Source: the human T2T-CHM13v2.0 reference genome, Homo sapiens
Assembly: GCF_009914755.1 (NCBI RefSeq)
Contig: NC_060929.1
Reading direction: 5' to 3' (one strand)
Length of the DNA stretch: 64,000 bases
Both the position numbers and the translations under genes were made by a program. The notes beneath the pieces are model-generated. The model was not told the DNA's origin. It ran no database searches and was given only the letters and a program-made list of their open reading frames with translations. Shown piece after piece: positions 12,547 to 27,149 of the stretch. Within the stretch, counting starts at the first letter, position 1. Each line of letters starts with the position of its first letter.

Positions 12547-14039
12547 CCTGTGTAAAACATTTACACTTATGAAACAACCTTCTTGGAAGTATAGTTTATA
12601 ATTGCTGTCTCCACTTTTTCACCTTTCATTCATTCTTTTATCTGAGTTCTTTAAAGTTATAAAAGTAACCAGTATCAAATAATAAATTTTTTAAAGTTAA
12701 TATTTTCTGCTACCTTCCTTTGCATTTCTTTCCTTCTCCTTTGAAAGCTGCTAATAATAATATTTTGGGATAGTCTCTTGTACTCCTTTCTTTACCCTCA
12801 CATCCAATCACTCTTCATCCAACTTATTGGACAGTAAATTGAGTATCATTTCTTGTAGTCTTTATATTCTTTGAGCTCTTAGGAATATTGGACACCGTTA
12901 ATTAACCTTTCTTTTTGAAGACCCTCTCTTTTCTTGCTTTCTATGACCTTCTACTTTTCTAGTTTCTCTCTTGCCTTAATGATCATTCTTCCTAGTATTT
13001 GTTACTAGGGGTGATTCCTCCGCCTGCCTATCAACTTCAGGGCTGTGTCCTACATGGGGTGATCATGTCTCATGACACTCCCTACCCAGAATTATGGGAA
13101 CTTTTGGACACATAAGAATTTATCCAATCTCTTTATGTTTATGGGTAAGAAAATCAAAGCAGAGAGAGTGAGGAAGTAACGTGTCAAAGATCATCTCAGA
13201 GCCTGAACCTGAAGTAATAACTTCCTGACCTAAAATCCTAAAATCAATTATTGCCAATTTTCTGTTCAGTTTCTTTTACTTATGCTACTTTTCTTATACT
13301 TTTCCTTTTGGCTTGGTAAAAACCAAATGAAAAGTAAGCCCAATCTTGAAAGATGCCTTTTATGACCCCAATGATAGTCATATAAACCTGTGGAAATTTG
13401 TCTGAGGAAGTCAGCAGAAAGAACTAAAGAAAACAGTTTGATTTGTTTTATTTTTCCTGAGAGCAAAAGGGGAAAAGGGGTAACAGGCTCCCCTAAAGAT
13501 TGGGATAATTATAATTAGCACAAAAAGAGAGCTGAAGCTGCTTTTGATGAAGCTCCTCCCAAAAGCATTCAGGAAGCCGCAGGCACTGAAAACAGCCCTA
13601 ATTCAAACTCAATAACAGTTTCTAAGGTAAATAGACACTGAGTCAGCACAAAGGGTCGAGGGCCTAGTGCTTATGTGCCCAGAGTTGTCCTAAGCCTTTG
13701 TGTATAGTGACTATATTTTCCAAACCAAAAACTAGGTGTACCGTGTGACTGCTAAGAAGATTATTTGATATTTGGATCATTTTATAACTGCTGTGCTATG
13801 GATTGTTATAGGAAGACAAGTCATGATCTTTTACACCCAGCTATTGCAATATAGATAGTTTAACAACTTACCATATGTAGCAGTGCGGTAAAGTGGAACT
13901 CCGTGTATTAGCTTTAGCTGAGCCCTCAAAACCTGAAAACAACAAAAATAAATTAACAAAAAGTTTAATTAAGCCCTTCTATGAGACACACGAAGAAGTC
14001 CTAAAACCAGATCCACCTGCAATATCAATCACTCCCTCC

Positions 14040-14404
14040 ATCTCTGAAAGCAGTTGAAGCTGGAGAGACTGGAGCAGGGAGAGAAAATTTCTTTGAATTG
14101 GCTTAGCTGCAAAGAACGGCCTTGTCCAAGGTCACATTCCTTCCCAGGTGGCTCATGTTCAGTGATTGATCCACGAGGTTGTATGAAGAATGAGTCATCT
14201 TGGGACCACTTTAAGAGGTATTAGAGCTCTAGAACTCCCTGCAGGCTTGGCTGAGGCTGTCACTGTGTTCCACGGCCTATGTCTCCCATTGCCTACCTGC
14301 TTCCATTGCGCCCCTTCCACAGTTGCTGATCCCACAGGTGCTCCTTCAGAATGATCCTACACAACGAACTCAGAGTCAGCTTCCCAGGAAATGCAGCCTA
14401 TGAC
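14040..14404 (+). mobile_element. LTR16-family (ERVL) LTR
   Basis: 3' end ctcagagtcagcttcccaggaaatgcagcctatgac, with internal ttggctgaggct and gctgatccca. Confidence 0.7.
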
Positions 14405-15019
14405 GGGAAGGGGTGGGTGCTTTCCCGTCATCTTAAGCCAATCAAGCTGTGGCTCTAAGAGAACCATTGAAAAGCTTGATACATGTCTCCTGGATTTAGG
14501 AAACATAATGGACTCGGGTTCCTCATGCCAGAGAAAGCTAAGAACCAGAGATAGCAGAACTCAGTGATAAAACAAAATGAGAGGAGAGGAATCTTGCTGT
14601 GCTGGAAGTGAGTTGCCTTCCACTGAGGACAGGGCAAGTGTATTAGGAAGACAGAGATCAGAATGGCACACAGACTGATGTGACCCTGCCAGTAACCGGC
14701 CAGGGATGGAGAACAAGTTTCAACTCAATGCCAAATCCAATGACTTGGTGGCGAATGCCTGAGTATTAGGATTAAAGAAGGAGTTGTGGTCTGAATATGG
14801 ATTTAGTGAGAAAGATGCTAAAAGTGGTTAGTAATATCTCTCACAGTTGCAGGATAAAGGGGCCATTGTAGCATATGTCTTCCATCTCTGAAATACATTA
14901 ATTAAGAGAAGCCAGATAAAAGTTACTAATTATTCTACATAGAAAGCAAATACGATGTGATTTGTAATCCTCCATACCAGAGACAGAAGTACATTTTGAA
15001 AAGACTCCTCTAATGGAAA

Positions 15020-15485
15020 ACCTTCAGTGGCTCCACAATTTAGAATGATCTATTAGGTCCTGCATGATTTATTTGATTTTCCTCAAGCTGCCACATGCTT
15101 CATCTCCTTGGCCCTTCTAAACTACTCAGAGTTCCCATTTGTATTTTTCTTTCATATCTCGATGTCTTTGCACATGGTGGTTTCTGTGTCTGGAATTTCG
15201 CCCTCTCACCTTCCTACTTATTCCTCAATCCCCAGGCTCCGGTATCTCCTGAGAAGCCTTCCGGAAACAAGCCTCTCCATTAAAGATTGACCCTATTCCT
15301 CTTTTTGGGTATCATTCCATCTTGTATCACAAAGCACATATCATACTGTGTTGAAATAGTATCCGCTTTTCACTTTGACTGCAAACTTCCTGAAGGCAGG
15401 TGTTGGTTCTTATTCATCTTTGTTCCCCTCACATTCAGCACTGTGACAGGCACACAATAAACACCTAATATTTTTGAATAAGTGA
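15020..15485 (+). mobile_element. L2 3' portion
   Basis: gactgcaaacttcctgaaggcagg...agcactgtgacaggcacacaataaacacctaata. Confidence 0.7.
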
Positions 15486-16144
15486 GCAATGGCCAGAATT
15501 ATTAAGAGACCCTTCACTGAATGACTCATAATTAAACATGATGCTAAAAGTTTTGGGCCAGTGGCTTAGAGAGGCCTGTCCATTGTTTCCCATGAAAACC
15601 CAGAATCCAAATTCTCAGAGGACAATTTTATAGTGTAGACACTAACTCATACCACTTGGGATCTTTGCTAGTTAAAGAAGGAAATCTCATCTGACAAATG
15701 GATTAATGATCAGTCCGACTGTATTTGCACAGCTGCAGAATCTTCTCAAACAAGATGTTTGAGAACCCCTCTGTTTATGCAGAAAATTTGGTGACCAGGT
15801 GATAACATTAAACCATTTAGGCACAGCCTAGAGAACTGCGGGAATGGCTACCTCCATTGAATAACATTATTTATAGAAATCCCTTGAAAGTCTTCCCTTT
15901 CTTTTCTGGGGTGTGTAGGGTGTGTGTATGTGCAAGAGATAAAAAGAGACAGGGTGAGAGAGAGTGCTTTTCTGGATTATAAATAAAGCCCTTCAGAATC
16001 CACCATGAATCAGGTAAAATGACAACCTGGATGGCCAGGTGTATAGATAAGTTGCCAGCAGCCTGACTACATGATGGACCCCATGAACAACTCCTGAGCT
16101 ATCAAAACAGTATTGTGGAGTTTGTCCCAGAATTTGTCCTTTCT

Positions 16145-16441
<297 letters not shown>

Positions 16442-17779
16442 TTTCCTTCATTTCAGCTTCTCTTTGCTCTGCAACCACCCAATGAGTGGAGAACTGTAAT
16501 GATGCAATCAGGAGAAATCAGTTTTAACCAGATGCCTAGAGTGCTTATTCAATACCATGCTCATAGAGGTAACTGAATTCACATGTGTAAGTGCCAGGGT
16601 CTCATGTGGCCATAGGATAGACATTAGAAATCTTCTCTACAAGCTGAAAGGAGTTGCAAAATTTACACAGGGCATCATACATTCAAGTGAGATTGCTAGG
16701 GACGATTTTACTTGCTAAGCCCATGGCTTAGAGTCTTTGGGTTTGTAGGTCCTTCCCTTTGCAGATTCACATGGGAAGGGTGCTTGGTCCCGCAAATAGT
16801 TAAATCTGAATACTTGAAGTTTAGAATAGTGATAAAGGGGGTCTTGAATGGGCAGAAAATGAAGCTTTGGGACTTAATGGCATCTTAAATTCATACCGTC
16901 AAATGAATACTGTCAAGCAGGGCGGAGGCAGGGATAGAACACCTAACGGCTCCAGCCTGGGGGCCAAAGCACTTTTAAATAACAATTATAATAGAAAGCC
17001 AGGTGACAATTAAGGGTTATGGTGTGCTCCACTCTTTGAAGCTTTACATGGTATCTAGCATCCTTTTGAACAGATGTGCTGACTGAAGAATCAAAATATA
17101 AAAGAAAAATATTGGGCACATAGAGAAAAGCTGAAAACACTTGCAAATATTCTCTTACAAAAGGACTAAAAGTCTATGTGTCCTAGAATCTTTGGATCTG
17201 GTTTGGGGGACATTCTTTGCCTCTACGTAAATATGTAAACACATCTTTGTTTAGAGGTAGGGAAGGGGAGAGTTTAAGAGGGAGAGAGAGAGATCAAACT
17301 CCAAGTCAGTGTTCCCAGTGCTCAACGTTTCAATAATCCACCATGATTACCCTGCAGTAGAAATATCTCAGCAGGTCCAAACTGATGCAACCTTAAGGAT
17401 CCAAAGTGATGTATTGAGGACCTCAAATCATACATGGCCTCTGCTATTTTAGGTAGAGTGGAAACTTCTTTGTGGAATATATTTTCCCAAATTTATTTTT
17501 TCTTGACTATGAAACTATCTATAAAAATCAAGGACAAGAGGTGTACAAATAAATTGAAAGGCTGGAAATGAAGAAAAATGGAGAATAAAATAGCTTTAAA
17601 ATTCAAGAGGATTCAATTTATGTTGAGAGTAATGAAAGATCCATAGTTGAGTTGATTGGCTTTACACATATGACTTTTTTCCCCTTCCATCTCCTTACCT
17701 TCTTCTCTCTGCCTTCCTCCTTTGGAGCACGCTGTAATAGAGAAAAGATTTTCTAGGCTCATCATCCATTTATAGAACC

Positions 17780-18167
17780 ACTACTCCCCATCTTTCATTT
17801 AGTTTGTGCATCACTGACTTTACCCAATGGCTTCCAGGCTCTGCAAAGCCCGGCATGACCAATGAGACACTCCATTTTACTGGTTACAGTTGTTAAAAAT
17901 ACAATGGCAAGTTTTGCAGGAGCCTACTGTCAAAGAGGGACTCTCTGGGTGGGGAGGGGTGGCCGCTAAACTGGGAAGAGCCTGCCTGTGAAAAAATGCT
18001 AACAGGAAGAAGAGAACCATGAGTACATGAGTGTCTAGTTTGAGGCCCTAGATTGGCCTTAAGCTAGAAACATCTTGGATTTCCAGTTAAGTGAGATAAT
18101 TTTTTAAGGTAATTTGAGTAGGTTTCTGGGTTTCTGTTACTTGCCAAAAAACAAGTCTTACTTATAC
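17780..18167 (+). mobile_element. MLT1 (MaLR) LTR remnant
   Basis: 3' end tttctgttacttgccaaaaaacaagtcttacttataca. Confidence 0.6.
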
Positions 18168-18864
18168 AGAAATGCAGAGAAGAGCTAGAAGTTCTTAGCT
18201 TGGAACCCAGATATCCTTAGCTAATTAAATTTCAGAGAACAAGGATTACCCGGAACCCTGCAGTTGTAGTTGGCAAAAAGGAAGAACACAGTATCTCTGA
18301 TCATATTAAAGCACCTCTCAAACAATCTTTAAACTTTTTACAATTTTGCCTTTCATGTTCACCAGAATCTGGGTTCTTTTAAGATATCATGATGGCTTAG
18401 TGGATCAATAAATGGTACCTTTACCCAGCTTGCTCCGTGGCCTCTTGAGATCCTCATTCTGTCATCCCAGGGAGAATCCACTGCTCCCATCTTTCTTACC
18501 TAGCTTCCCTTTGTGGCCTGCCTTTCTCCAGTGTAACACCCAGTACACTGTCTCAGTTAAATACTTCCTAACTCATGTATCCTTTAGCTACACTGCCTTC
18601 TCAGAAACCAGGTACTGCCTACATTCACCTGTATATTCACAGAACCCAGTACTAGGCCTGCTACAGTAAAGTTTGCATTGAATTGAATTTGTGGCTCAGC
18701 TCAGACTTTCTGACCACCACTAACCACCCAGCCTCTACCTCCTTGGAACCCTCAGGGACTTTCCTGCTTCTGATGCTTGCTGTTTTTTGCTTGACTTTGT
18801 CATTAATAAGCCCATGTCTATAAATGTACTTGTATATCTATTGAATACTTACCAATTAATCACT

Positions 18865-19650
18865 TTATGTGCTTTAACTTGTCCAGTCTTCACAACAGCC
18901 TTTCCATCTTACAGATGAAGAGACCAGACCTAAGAGGTTAAGTGGCTTGCCCTGGGTCACCCAGCTAGTAAGTAGAGTGGTCAGAGTTGAAGCAAGCAAT
19001 GTGTTCCTAATCACTAACCTGTTTTCAGCTGGAGCACTGCTAGTTCCTTGTAGGCTAAACATGCATCCTTTATATTGTTGAATTACCATCCCAACAGCCC
19101 TATTAGGTAGGTATGATTATTAGTTCTCTTTTCCAGATAAGAAAAATGAGGGTCAGTGAGGTTAAACCATTTGTCCAAGGTTACCTTAGTGATAAGTGAC
19201 AGGACAGAGATTAAATCCCAAGCTGTTTGACCCCAGAGCCCATGTTCATCAACCATTATGCCAATCAGTTTTCTGTTAATTGATTGATGATTATATCAGA
19301 AGCAACTACCAGGGTCATCTGATCTTTAATTACCATCTGTGATTCTTATTATTTAAGAGGTATAACAACAGCCACTTCGTAGGATTATCATAAGAGCTTC
19401 AAGCTATGTTGTAAAGTTCCAAGAGTATTTGGCATTCTAGAGCAAGTGCTCAACAAATGGTAATTATCATTACTATTTTGTTGTTTTTTGAGTGCTCCTT
19501 GTGCCAGATAAGTGCTTTACATGTATTATCTGATTTAATTCTCACATCACCCTCATGAGATAAGTACCATTATCATGCTGATTTTATAGATGTGGGAACT
19601 GAGGCTCAGAAAAGTAACTTGCCCCAAATTACACAACTGGTTAGTGGATA
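18865..19650. mobile_element. Cluster of about 4 MIR copies (mostly +, one -)
   Basis: Repeated cores acagatgaagagac..agaggttaagtggcttgccc, cagataagaaaaatgaggg and atagatgtgggaactgaggctcaga. Confidence 0.8.
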
Positions 19651-21764
19651 GGGCTGCACAATTAGTTGTCTGATGGAGTAGCATGGTACTAGCACTCTTT
19701 ATTACTTAGAAAGTTCTGGTAAAGAGATCAGACAGTCCAATTATCACTGGGTGTATTGACCTCTTCTTGGGTTCTGTTAGTTTCTGGTTTTTTGAGTGGT
19801 TCCTTAGCCACATGAGTCTCAGCTTTGTAGATAAAAAATTGGAGCCTTTGTAGTCACAACTTTACATAGACAAACTCTGGGGAACAGCAGCTGCTGAAGG
19901 GAGAATGAAAATGGACAGTATTCAGAGCACAAAGGGCTGAACACATGAAGTTATCCCATTTGAAACCTCTTTCCACCTGGCCAGCTGAAGGATCCAACAG
20001 CTACAGGTGCAAACCCCTTCCTTGTCCCACGCTTTTCCTGATGCTCCTCACGGGGCCCTGGCACAACATGAGAGAGAGAGAGAGCTGGCAATTCTCTTGT
20101 TAATTTGGGCCTTGTACATTATTCAGACTGTTAAAAAAAAAAATCCATGTTGAGTCTAAAAGTATCTGGACCAGCTGTCTGTATAGATTAAATAATCCAG
20201 ATGGCTTCATGAAACACTATAGCAGAAAAGAAAGTAGTTTCACCATAGAACGAGTCAATCCAGAAAGCACAGGGGACAATAGATTTCTTTACCTCGTATA
20301 ACCCAATTTCTTCTCTTCTTAGCTCGGCTGGCTTAAATGTAGAGTGCTGTCGCCAAATCTTCAGTCTACTTGGGCTATTTAAGTAGAGTCACAATGTTTC
20401 CTTTTTCTAGAAAAGATTAAAAAATAAACAACCAAAATTTGGTGGTAGAGAATGGCATTTGGAATAAAGGATTAATCAGTTCTGTCACTCTCACTTGGGC
20501 AGCAAAATCAAGCTTCTTGTGTTGGGAAATACTGCTGGATGGGATAATTTCCACATTGCCAGGCTGTTTTTCTTTTTAATATCACAGCTGATTTGCTGTG
20601 GCGGAGGCTGCTGCAAACTGCTGGCACCATTTCTGGTTACAAAATGTGTCTGCCAAACAGCTCAGTGTAGAAAGAGCCATACTGTATTCTTTGATGGTGG
20701 GCTCATTTGGCAGGGAACAGATCTGCATAGAAAGAGACTCAATTCATCATCTCCCCTGCACCTCGTTGTGGGCTGAACAAAGTGAATGTATCAAATTGTC
20801 CTTGTGGAAATCAGTGACATAAATTTCTACTCTCTTCACCAATACTGCAGTTGGAAACTTTCAGCTGTTTTAGCGATGTGTTTCCTTTTACCCTTATTCC
20901 CTGGTACACATGGCAGCAGAAACCCAGGAAAATGCAGATGGTTCACCTCTGCTGCCTCTGTGCTTGAGAGACACAAATGAGAGTGGGTGCCGAAAGCTGT
21001 TTGAATTCATCATTAATTGTCAAACAATTCTGCCAGTTCTCTTCTGAGCATGAAAAAATGTAAAATTAGAAAAACTTAGATGAAGTTATAGAATGTAATT
21101 CTCTCTCCTGAAAACTCTCAGATCAGTGTACTGTACTCTGCCGATGATGACTACACTGTCTTTTTTTTTCTGTCTCCATTCACAGATGTCAATACATGGT
21201 GAGTGGTTTCCAGAAATTTACTTCATCTGCAACTAAAAGCAAGGGGGGAAGGCAGCATGAACCACACTGGCACACTGCCAGCTCAGCACTCTCCACCAGG
21301 AACTCAGCCCCATGCCAAGCCACTCCTGGAAGACAAGGCAAGAGAGCGAGGGCACATTTTTTAAGGACACATTTTAAAACAAGAATTACACTGTCACAGC
21401 ACCTACCTTCTCTCTCTTTCAAAATTCTAGCTCAAAGAATTAACCTCTCACATTAGGGGAAATAGATAATGATTCAGTCAAAGGTGAATGAAAATACAAT
21501 ATTTACATTCATTTCAGACTTGTTTTAGGCAATGCCTATTTTTAAGTGAAACAAATGAAGCATTTTTTTCTCGATATTGGCTACTGATATTAGCATCTAA
21601 CTAGACAGGAAGCGAGGAACTAAGAGAAGGGAATAGATAATTAAGGCCATCATGCATTTTTACTCTGAGCTCTGCGAGTCATTTAATCCCATTTTTCATT
21701 TATCCATGTATATATTCAATGCTGAGAATTTATAGTGGCCTCAGAAAGAAATTCTAGATAATTT

Positions 21765-21992
21765 TTATTGAGCTCTTACCACGTGGCAGACACTATTCAA
21801 AGTGCTTTGCTGTATTCCCGCATTCCATCCTCACAAAATGCTATGAGGTCAGTGTTATTTTTAGCCCCTTTTTACAGAGGGAAAAATAAAAACATAAAGA
21901 GGTTAAGTAGTTTTCCCAAGGTAACACAGCTGCTGAGTGTGGAGTGAGGGTGTGAATTGAGGTAGTCAGACTTTAGAGCTGACATTCTAACC
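21765..21992 (+). mobile_element. MIR
   Basis: tttattgagctcttacc...ctatgagg...ttttacagagg...gaggttaagtagttttcccaaggtaacacagct. Confidence 0.8.
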
Positions 21993-22924
21993 AAGTTTAC
22001 TCCATGACGGTGATGGTGGGGTGGTCCTAGCAGAGGGCTTTGGAGCCATTTCTGCTTCCGAAGGGTTTATTTTTATACCCTTACTGCCTTCTTTACAGGG
22101 ATGATTTGGGAATGAACAAGAGAAGTGTCCTACTGGCAGGAAGAAATAAATGACTCAGAGTGAAGAAGGAGGAGGGGGAAAAACTCTTTTAAGCCACAAA
22201 GATACCATTTTTTGCACCAGAGGAGGTCACTGAATAAATCAAAGGAGAGAAATGGATCTTGGGAGGTCACATGGATAATAGTCCTGCCTTTGGGGAGGAC
22301 ACCCTGCTGCCAGAAAAATGATTCAAGGGAATTCTTGCTGCAGCAAGGGGTTGGGTTACTCATGTTAAACAGTGCCCGAGAGTGTGTGCTTTATGAAGTT
22401 GACCAGATGTCCTGTTTGGTTAGGACTCTCCAGGTTTCTTAATGGCTTTGAAGAGTGTCCTGGGAGTCACCCGGAGCAGGCAGGCTTGGTTCTAGGTCCC
22501 CCATTGACACATTGTAAAGGGCTTTGGGTTACTTTGTGTGTTACCACTTTGCAATTGTTCAGGTCACCAAATAAATCAGAGAATTTGCTAGCCTGGCAAT
22601 AGTTCAAAGCTCTGTGTTCCTTTTCTTGTTTTAGGTTTATTTATTCTTGAGTGTTTCTCTGGGCCAGCCTTGAGGATAAACAAGTCATGGTCCCTTGCTT
22701 CCAGGAGATCATGGTGAGGAGAGCTGAAGCCCAGTGAACTCTGAGAGATCTAGTGCTCTGCTACTCACCACTAAGGCTCTGCAAGATGAGGAGTAAACAG
22801 GATGTCCGTTTTTCTCTCTTCTCGGATGCTCTGTCCCCCATGTCCCATCTTTCCCTTCTATTTGACTGGTGGATGACTTTATGCTGATCCAGCATTAGAC
22901 AATTCTCAGATACTGATTAAAAAA

Positions 22925-23125
22925 TAAGAGCTCATGCTTATAAAAGTTCTGCATGTGGCACTAATTTAATTCTTATGACAACATTGTGAGATAGTTCATG
23001 TTACTAGCTCCATTTTCTACATCAGGACATCGAGGCATGAGAAATTTTAAAATGTGCCCACAGCAAAATGATAATCAGCCATAGAGACAGAGTTTGGATC
23101 TGGGCAGTTTGCCTCCAGAGTGCCT
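22925..23125 (+). mobile_element. MIR
   Basis: tttaattcttatgacaacattgtgagatag...cattttctacatcaggacatcgaggca. Confidence 0.65.
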
Positions 23126-24005
23126 CATCACCACCACCAGCATACACCATCTTTGTGATAAGGGCTGCCATTAAAAAGAATATTTCAAGAGGATACAAGG
23201 AAGAAGCTGATGCAGAGATGAGGGAAGACTAACCCAGTAAGTCATACGACAGTCAGCATTTAGCGTGTATAGAGATTAGCTGGACTCCTTCGGGCTTCTC
23301 TGCTGGATGGATCTTGTTTTGCAGATGAGGAAACTGAGACTGCAGGATTAGCTAATCATCAAATAATGAGGGTGTAGCAGAACCAGGATTTGATCTCCTT
23401 GGGTTCTTTTCCCTGGACTCCTATTGGTATACAGAGTGGCACAGAGCATGAAGACAAATTCTGCCTCAAAATGAAAGAGGCCATCACTAAGATGAATAAG
23501 ATGGAACAACAATTTAAAAGAGAATGCCAGCACAAGACTGTCTTAGAGATCGCTCAGACTAACCTTTTGCTGGATGAATTAAACCTCTGTCAATAATCTT
23601 ATTAAAAAGATTGGAGACAAATTTGGGAATTAGAATGACTGATGTCTGCCCCCATCTCCTCTACCCGAAACACAACAGGAGAAAATTTTGCTTGAAAGCC
23701 TAGATGCTGATCCAAGCAATGAAAAGACTCTGGAGTAAACACGTCATGTGCTTCTTCGTTAAATGAGCCCTCTGCCTAGGAAATAACCTCAATGGCTTGA
23801 CACTGGCATTTTGCATTGCTTGCTTATGCCACTTAAATTATAATTTGTTCCATCAGGGGACTTTCTCAGAGTTGGAAACAGCTCCTGGAACACAGAACCA
23901 GCATTGGTGGATTCTTGCTGCCTCCTTGATGTTGCAAGCTTGTCAATGTCATCAGAAAGCTAGCTGTGGTTTACTGAAAATAATTTAGCTGCCTAGGCTT
24001 ATGCA

Positions 24006-24056
24006 GACACGCACACACACACACAGAGACAGAGAGAGAGAGACATAGACACAGAT
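24006..24056. repeat. (CA)n/(GA)n compound microsatellite
   Basis: Seen directly. Confidence 0.85.
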
Positions 24057-24289
24057 ACGTTATGTAGAAAAATCTCATGGTCTGCTCTTGTTCTAAATCT
24101 TGTACAGACTTGCCAGCACTCTTACGTATCATTATTTGATTTGCTTATTCTATCTCTTCACTTGTCAGTAAGTCTTTCTCATCTTTTTATTCATTTCTTT
24201 TGTAAAGAGAGTTTAGACTTAAACAGAGCTGAGCTCCTCTAGCCCGTTCTTTAAAGGCAAGGCAACAAAATAATAAGAATGGATAATAA

Positions 24290-24490
24290 TAACAGTGTAC
24301 TCTCCGATATGCACTAAACTAAGCACTTCACACAACTTAGCTCATTTTGTCCACACAGAAACCCTAATGAGATAGGTACTCTAATCGACTCCATATGACA
24401 GGTGATAGAACCAAGACAGAGGTTATACAACTTGCCCAAACATGCAGTGCCTCAGATGGGGCCCAGCTCTGGCCGATAGAGCCCTCTGCC
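24290..24490 (+). mobile_element. MIR
   Basis: aaccctaatgagataggtact...gaggttatacaacttgccca. Confidence 0.65.
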
Positions 24491-26829
24491 TGTATTATTG
24501 ACCCTGCAGCTGCCTCCTTGTGATTCTTGAAAGTATGCCAGGCTCTGTTAAGCTGAGGATAAGTGTTCTTAATTCCCTTTGAATTTAGTTATTTTTGAAT
24601 GGATAAAAAAGAAAATATTTGGCATAACCCTTATTCCCCATAGCAGGGGGATTCTGAGGCATGATTTTAATTTCCCAAGTGACTTAAATAACAAGTTTAT
24701 AATCTGCCACTCACATTTCTTTGCCTACTTAATGGGAGCATTTTTATTAGAAAGAAATATGTTTAAAAAGATACATAAGCTCTGTGAGAGATGGGTACTC
24801 ATTGGTTTTGTTAATTACAATATCTTCAGAGCCAGGAACATGTGCCTGAGACTTGGTGAGTAGTCAGTAAATATTTATTGATTAAACGAATGAATAAGAG
24901 TTGTAGAGAAAATCCAAATATCAATCCATATTCAGTCACACAGGTGCCTGTCCCCCTGATAAGATCATAATAAACTCCTTCAAGGCACCACTAAATGTTG
25001 ACCTCCAGCTTCCTGAGGCAGATTATTCTGAAATCTGGGAACAGTGTTATATTTATTGAAAAGGTCCCTTACCCCGCCTGAGAAAACAAAGTCACATGTC
25101 TTTGTGCTTCTGTGTTAAGTTTCTTTGTCCCTTTGGAAATAGAGGGGAAAGGCATAGCAAACAGGCAAACTCATTGACAGTCATAACCCTATTAAAGCTA
25201 TGACCCATGTGCTTCAGTTCATGAGAAACTTGACATGTAAACACTATCCAAACAGGAATTCTGATGAGTTGTGGTATTCTCAAGCAACATAAATGAGAAT
25301 AGGATTAAAATAAGCTGTTTTCTCCCGTGGACTTAGAAGTTCCTGGAACCCTCTCACTCTCTACTCCAGAACCACCTCCCTGGTCTCACCCATTCAACCT
25401 CTGTCATCCCACTTGAAGGCCATCTCCTGTCGCTCTTCCTCCTCTGCCTTCCCACACAATGGACTCTCAGCATGTTATTTCCCCTGTGACCTAGGGTTCT
25501 CCAGAGAGCAATATTTCCTCTGTGCTGTCTGTCTTTCTCTGCATCTAGTCTCTTAACTTAGCATGGCCAATGGAAGAACCCTCCAGGTAGGATGAGGAAG
25601 GAAAAGAGTAGGCAAAATCCAAACTTTCTTCACAGACAGGGAAGAGGGGAAAAGGTTGTGGATAGTCATAGACTGATACCTTTGTCCCTTTTACTCATAA
25701 AATCACTGCTGTACATTTCAAGGGTATTTCTCCCAATTCTACAGATTTTTTAAGGATCTAATAAAATCCTATTTCTCAAATAGTATTTATCAATCACCAA
25801 AGAACCCTTAACTTTCCAAAAAGAAATGGCATTTATAAATCCCATAGGCCAGGCTTAGAGTATGTTTTGTCATAGCTCTTAGTTTTCTACATTATTTTGT
25901 AGCTTATTTGCTGATTCAAACCAGCATTTAGTTATTTTTTGCAAAATAGACTTAAGATTCCTTTTTCTCCTGTGTACAGCACAGCCCACTTGGTTGGTAC
26001 TATATTAAACTGCTCGCTTGCTATAGCCATCCTCCTGTGTGCATCAAAACTTCTCACTGTCACATTTCTGCCCAGATATTAATAAACATGAGTGGGAAGG
26101 GGAATAAATGCACGAAGTGCTGCTGCTTAGCCTTTCTCAGCCTGTGGATCTTCCCTCATCTGTTTTGAAGACAGGGTGAAGATTAGGCAGGCAGTGAGCC
26201 CAGCTGTCTTAGGGAGAATCCCTAAGGGGAGATGCCTGTCAATTGAAACAAACAAATTTTTGGATACCAATATGGAAACCTGGATGGAGCCAATTTCCAT
26301 GCTACAACACTGCCATTATGACTGAGCACATCAGGATAACAGGAAGCAGATGGCTTTCAGAAAAAAATGAAAAATTCAAGGGCACCACACATATGGTCTT
26401 ATTTCCCAAACTTTGAAGGAATTCTGCCTGTGAAAGTGTACCTGTTTAATCTCTCCCAAGTAAAAGGCAAGTAACCCCTAAAGGGCACCATATATTTCTT
26501 TTAATAAAAAGTTGGCTCTATAACTTTGTACATGCAAATGTTTGTCAGTCTTGGGCCCAGAGCAGTGGAAGGTTGCTCCCGGGAAGATAGTTCTGGGAAT
26601 GATGTTATATTTATTGAAGCTATATACTGAACCTCTGCCTTTGCCAACTTGTGTCTGTCTTGCTCTGCATTTCTTTCTACCTTGCTGTTTCTGTTAGCTC
26701 TGAGAACCAAGGAGGAAGATGAAGCCATAGATCTAAGAATGACAGACCTGGAAAGGACTATTCACAAAGGTGACCTAAGGAGACGCTGGAGCTCCAATAG
26801 CCTGAGGGCCAAGAGCACAGGCTCTAAAT

Positions 26830-27140
26830 CAGAAGTGGCATCCAGGAAGCCTAGGACCACACTCTGCCTACAGATGTGTTTATTGGGTTCTTGAAATGTT
26901 TAAAGAAACACATTTGGATTAAATGGATGCCAACGTTTATAAATTAGGAGATTTTACATCCAGTCAGATATTACAAAACATCAGAAGACTGGGGCCTACA
27001 ATTGCCACACAGCCTCAAAATGCTGGCACTGAGTAGCCATTCTTGAAAACATACATGTGCTCTGACATTTGCCATGGCCCCTTCCTGACTGTGTTTACTC
27101 ATTTGTGTTACCTGGCTTGCCTAGAATGCCATGGACCCCT
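26830..27140 (+). mobile_element. MER102 (hAT-Charlie)
   Basis: gcctacagatgtgtttt...gccaacgtttataaattaggagatttt...actcatttgtgttacctgg...gacccct. Confidence 0.7.
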
Positions 27141-27149
27141 TTGTCCTAG

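Noticed and set aside
14400-14431. 10-bp stem hairpin atgacgggaa/ttcccgtcat at the LTR16 end
   Set aside because: Real but short, and too small for a pre-miRNA. Could be chance or a local template switch, with no further support.
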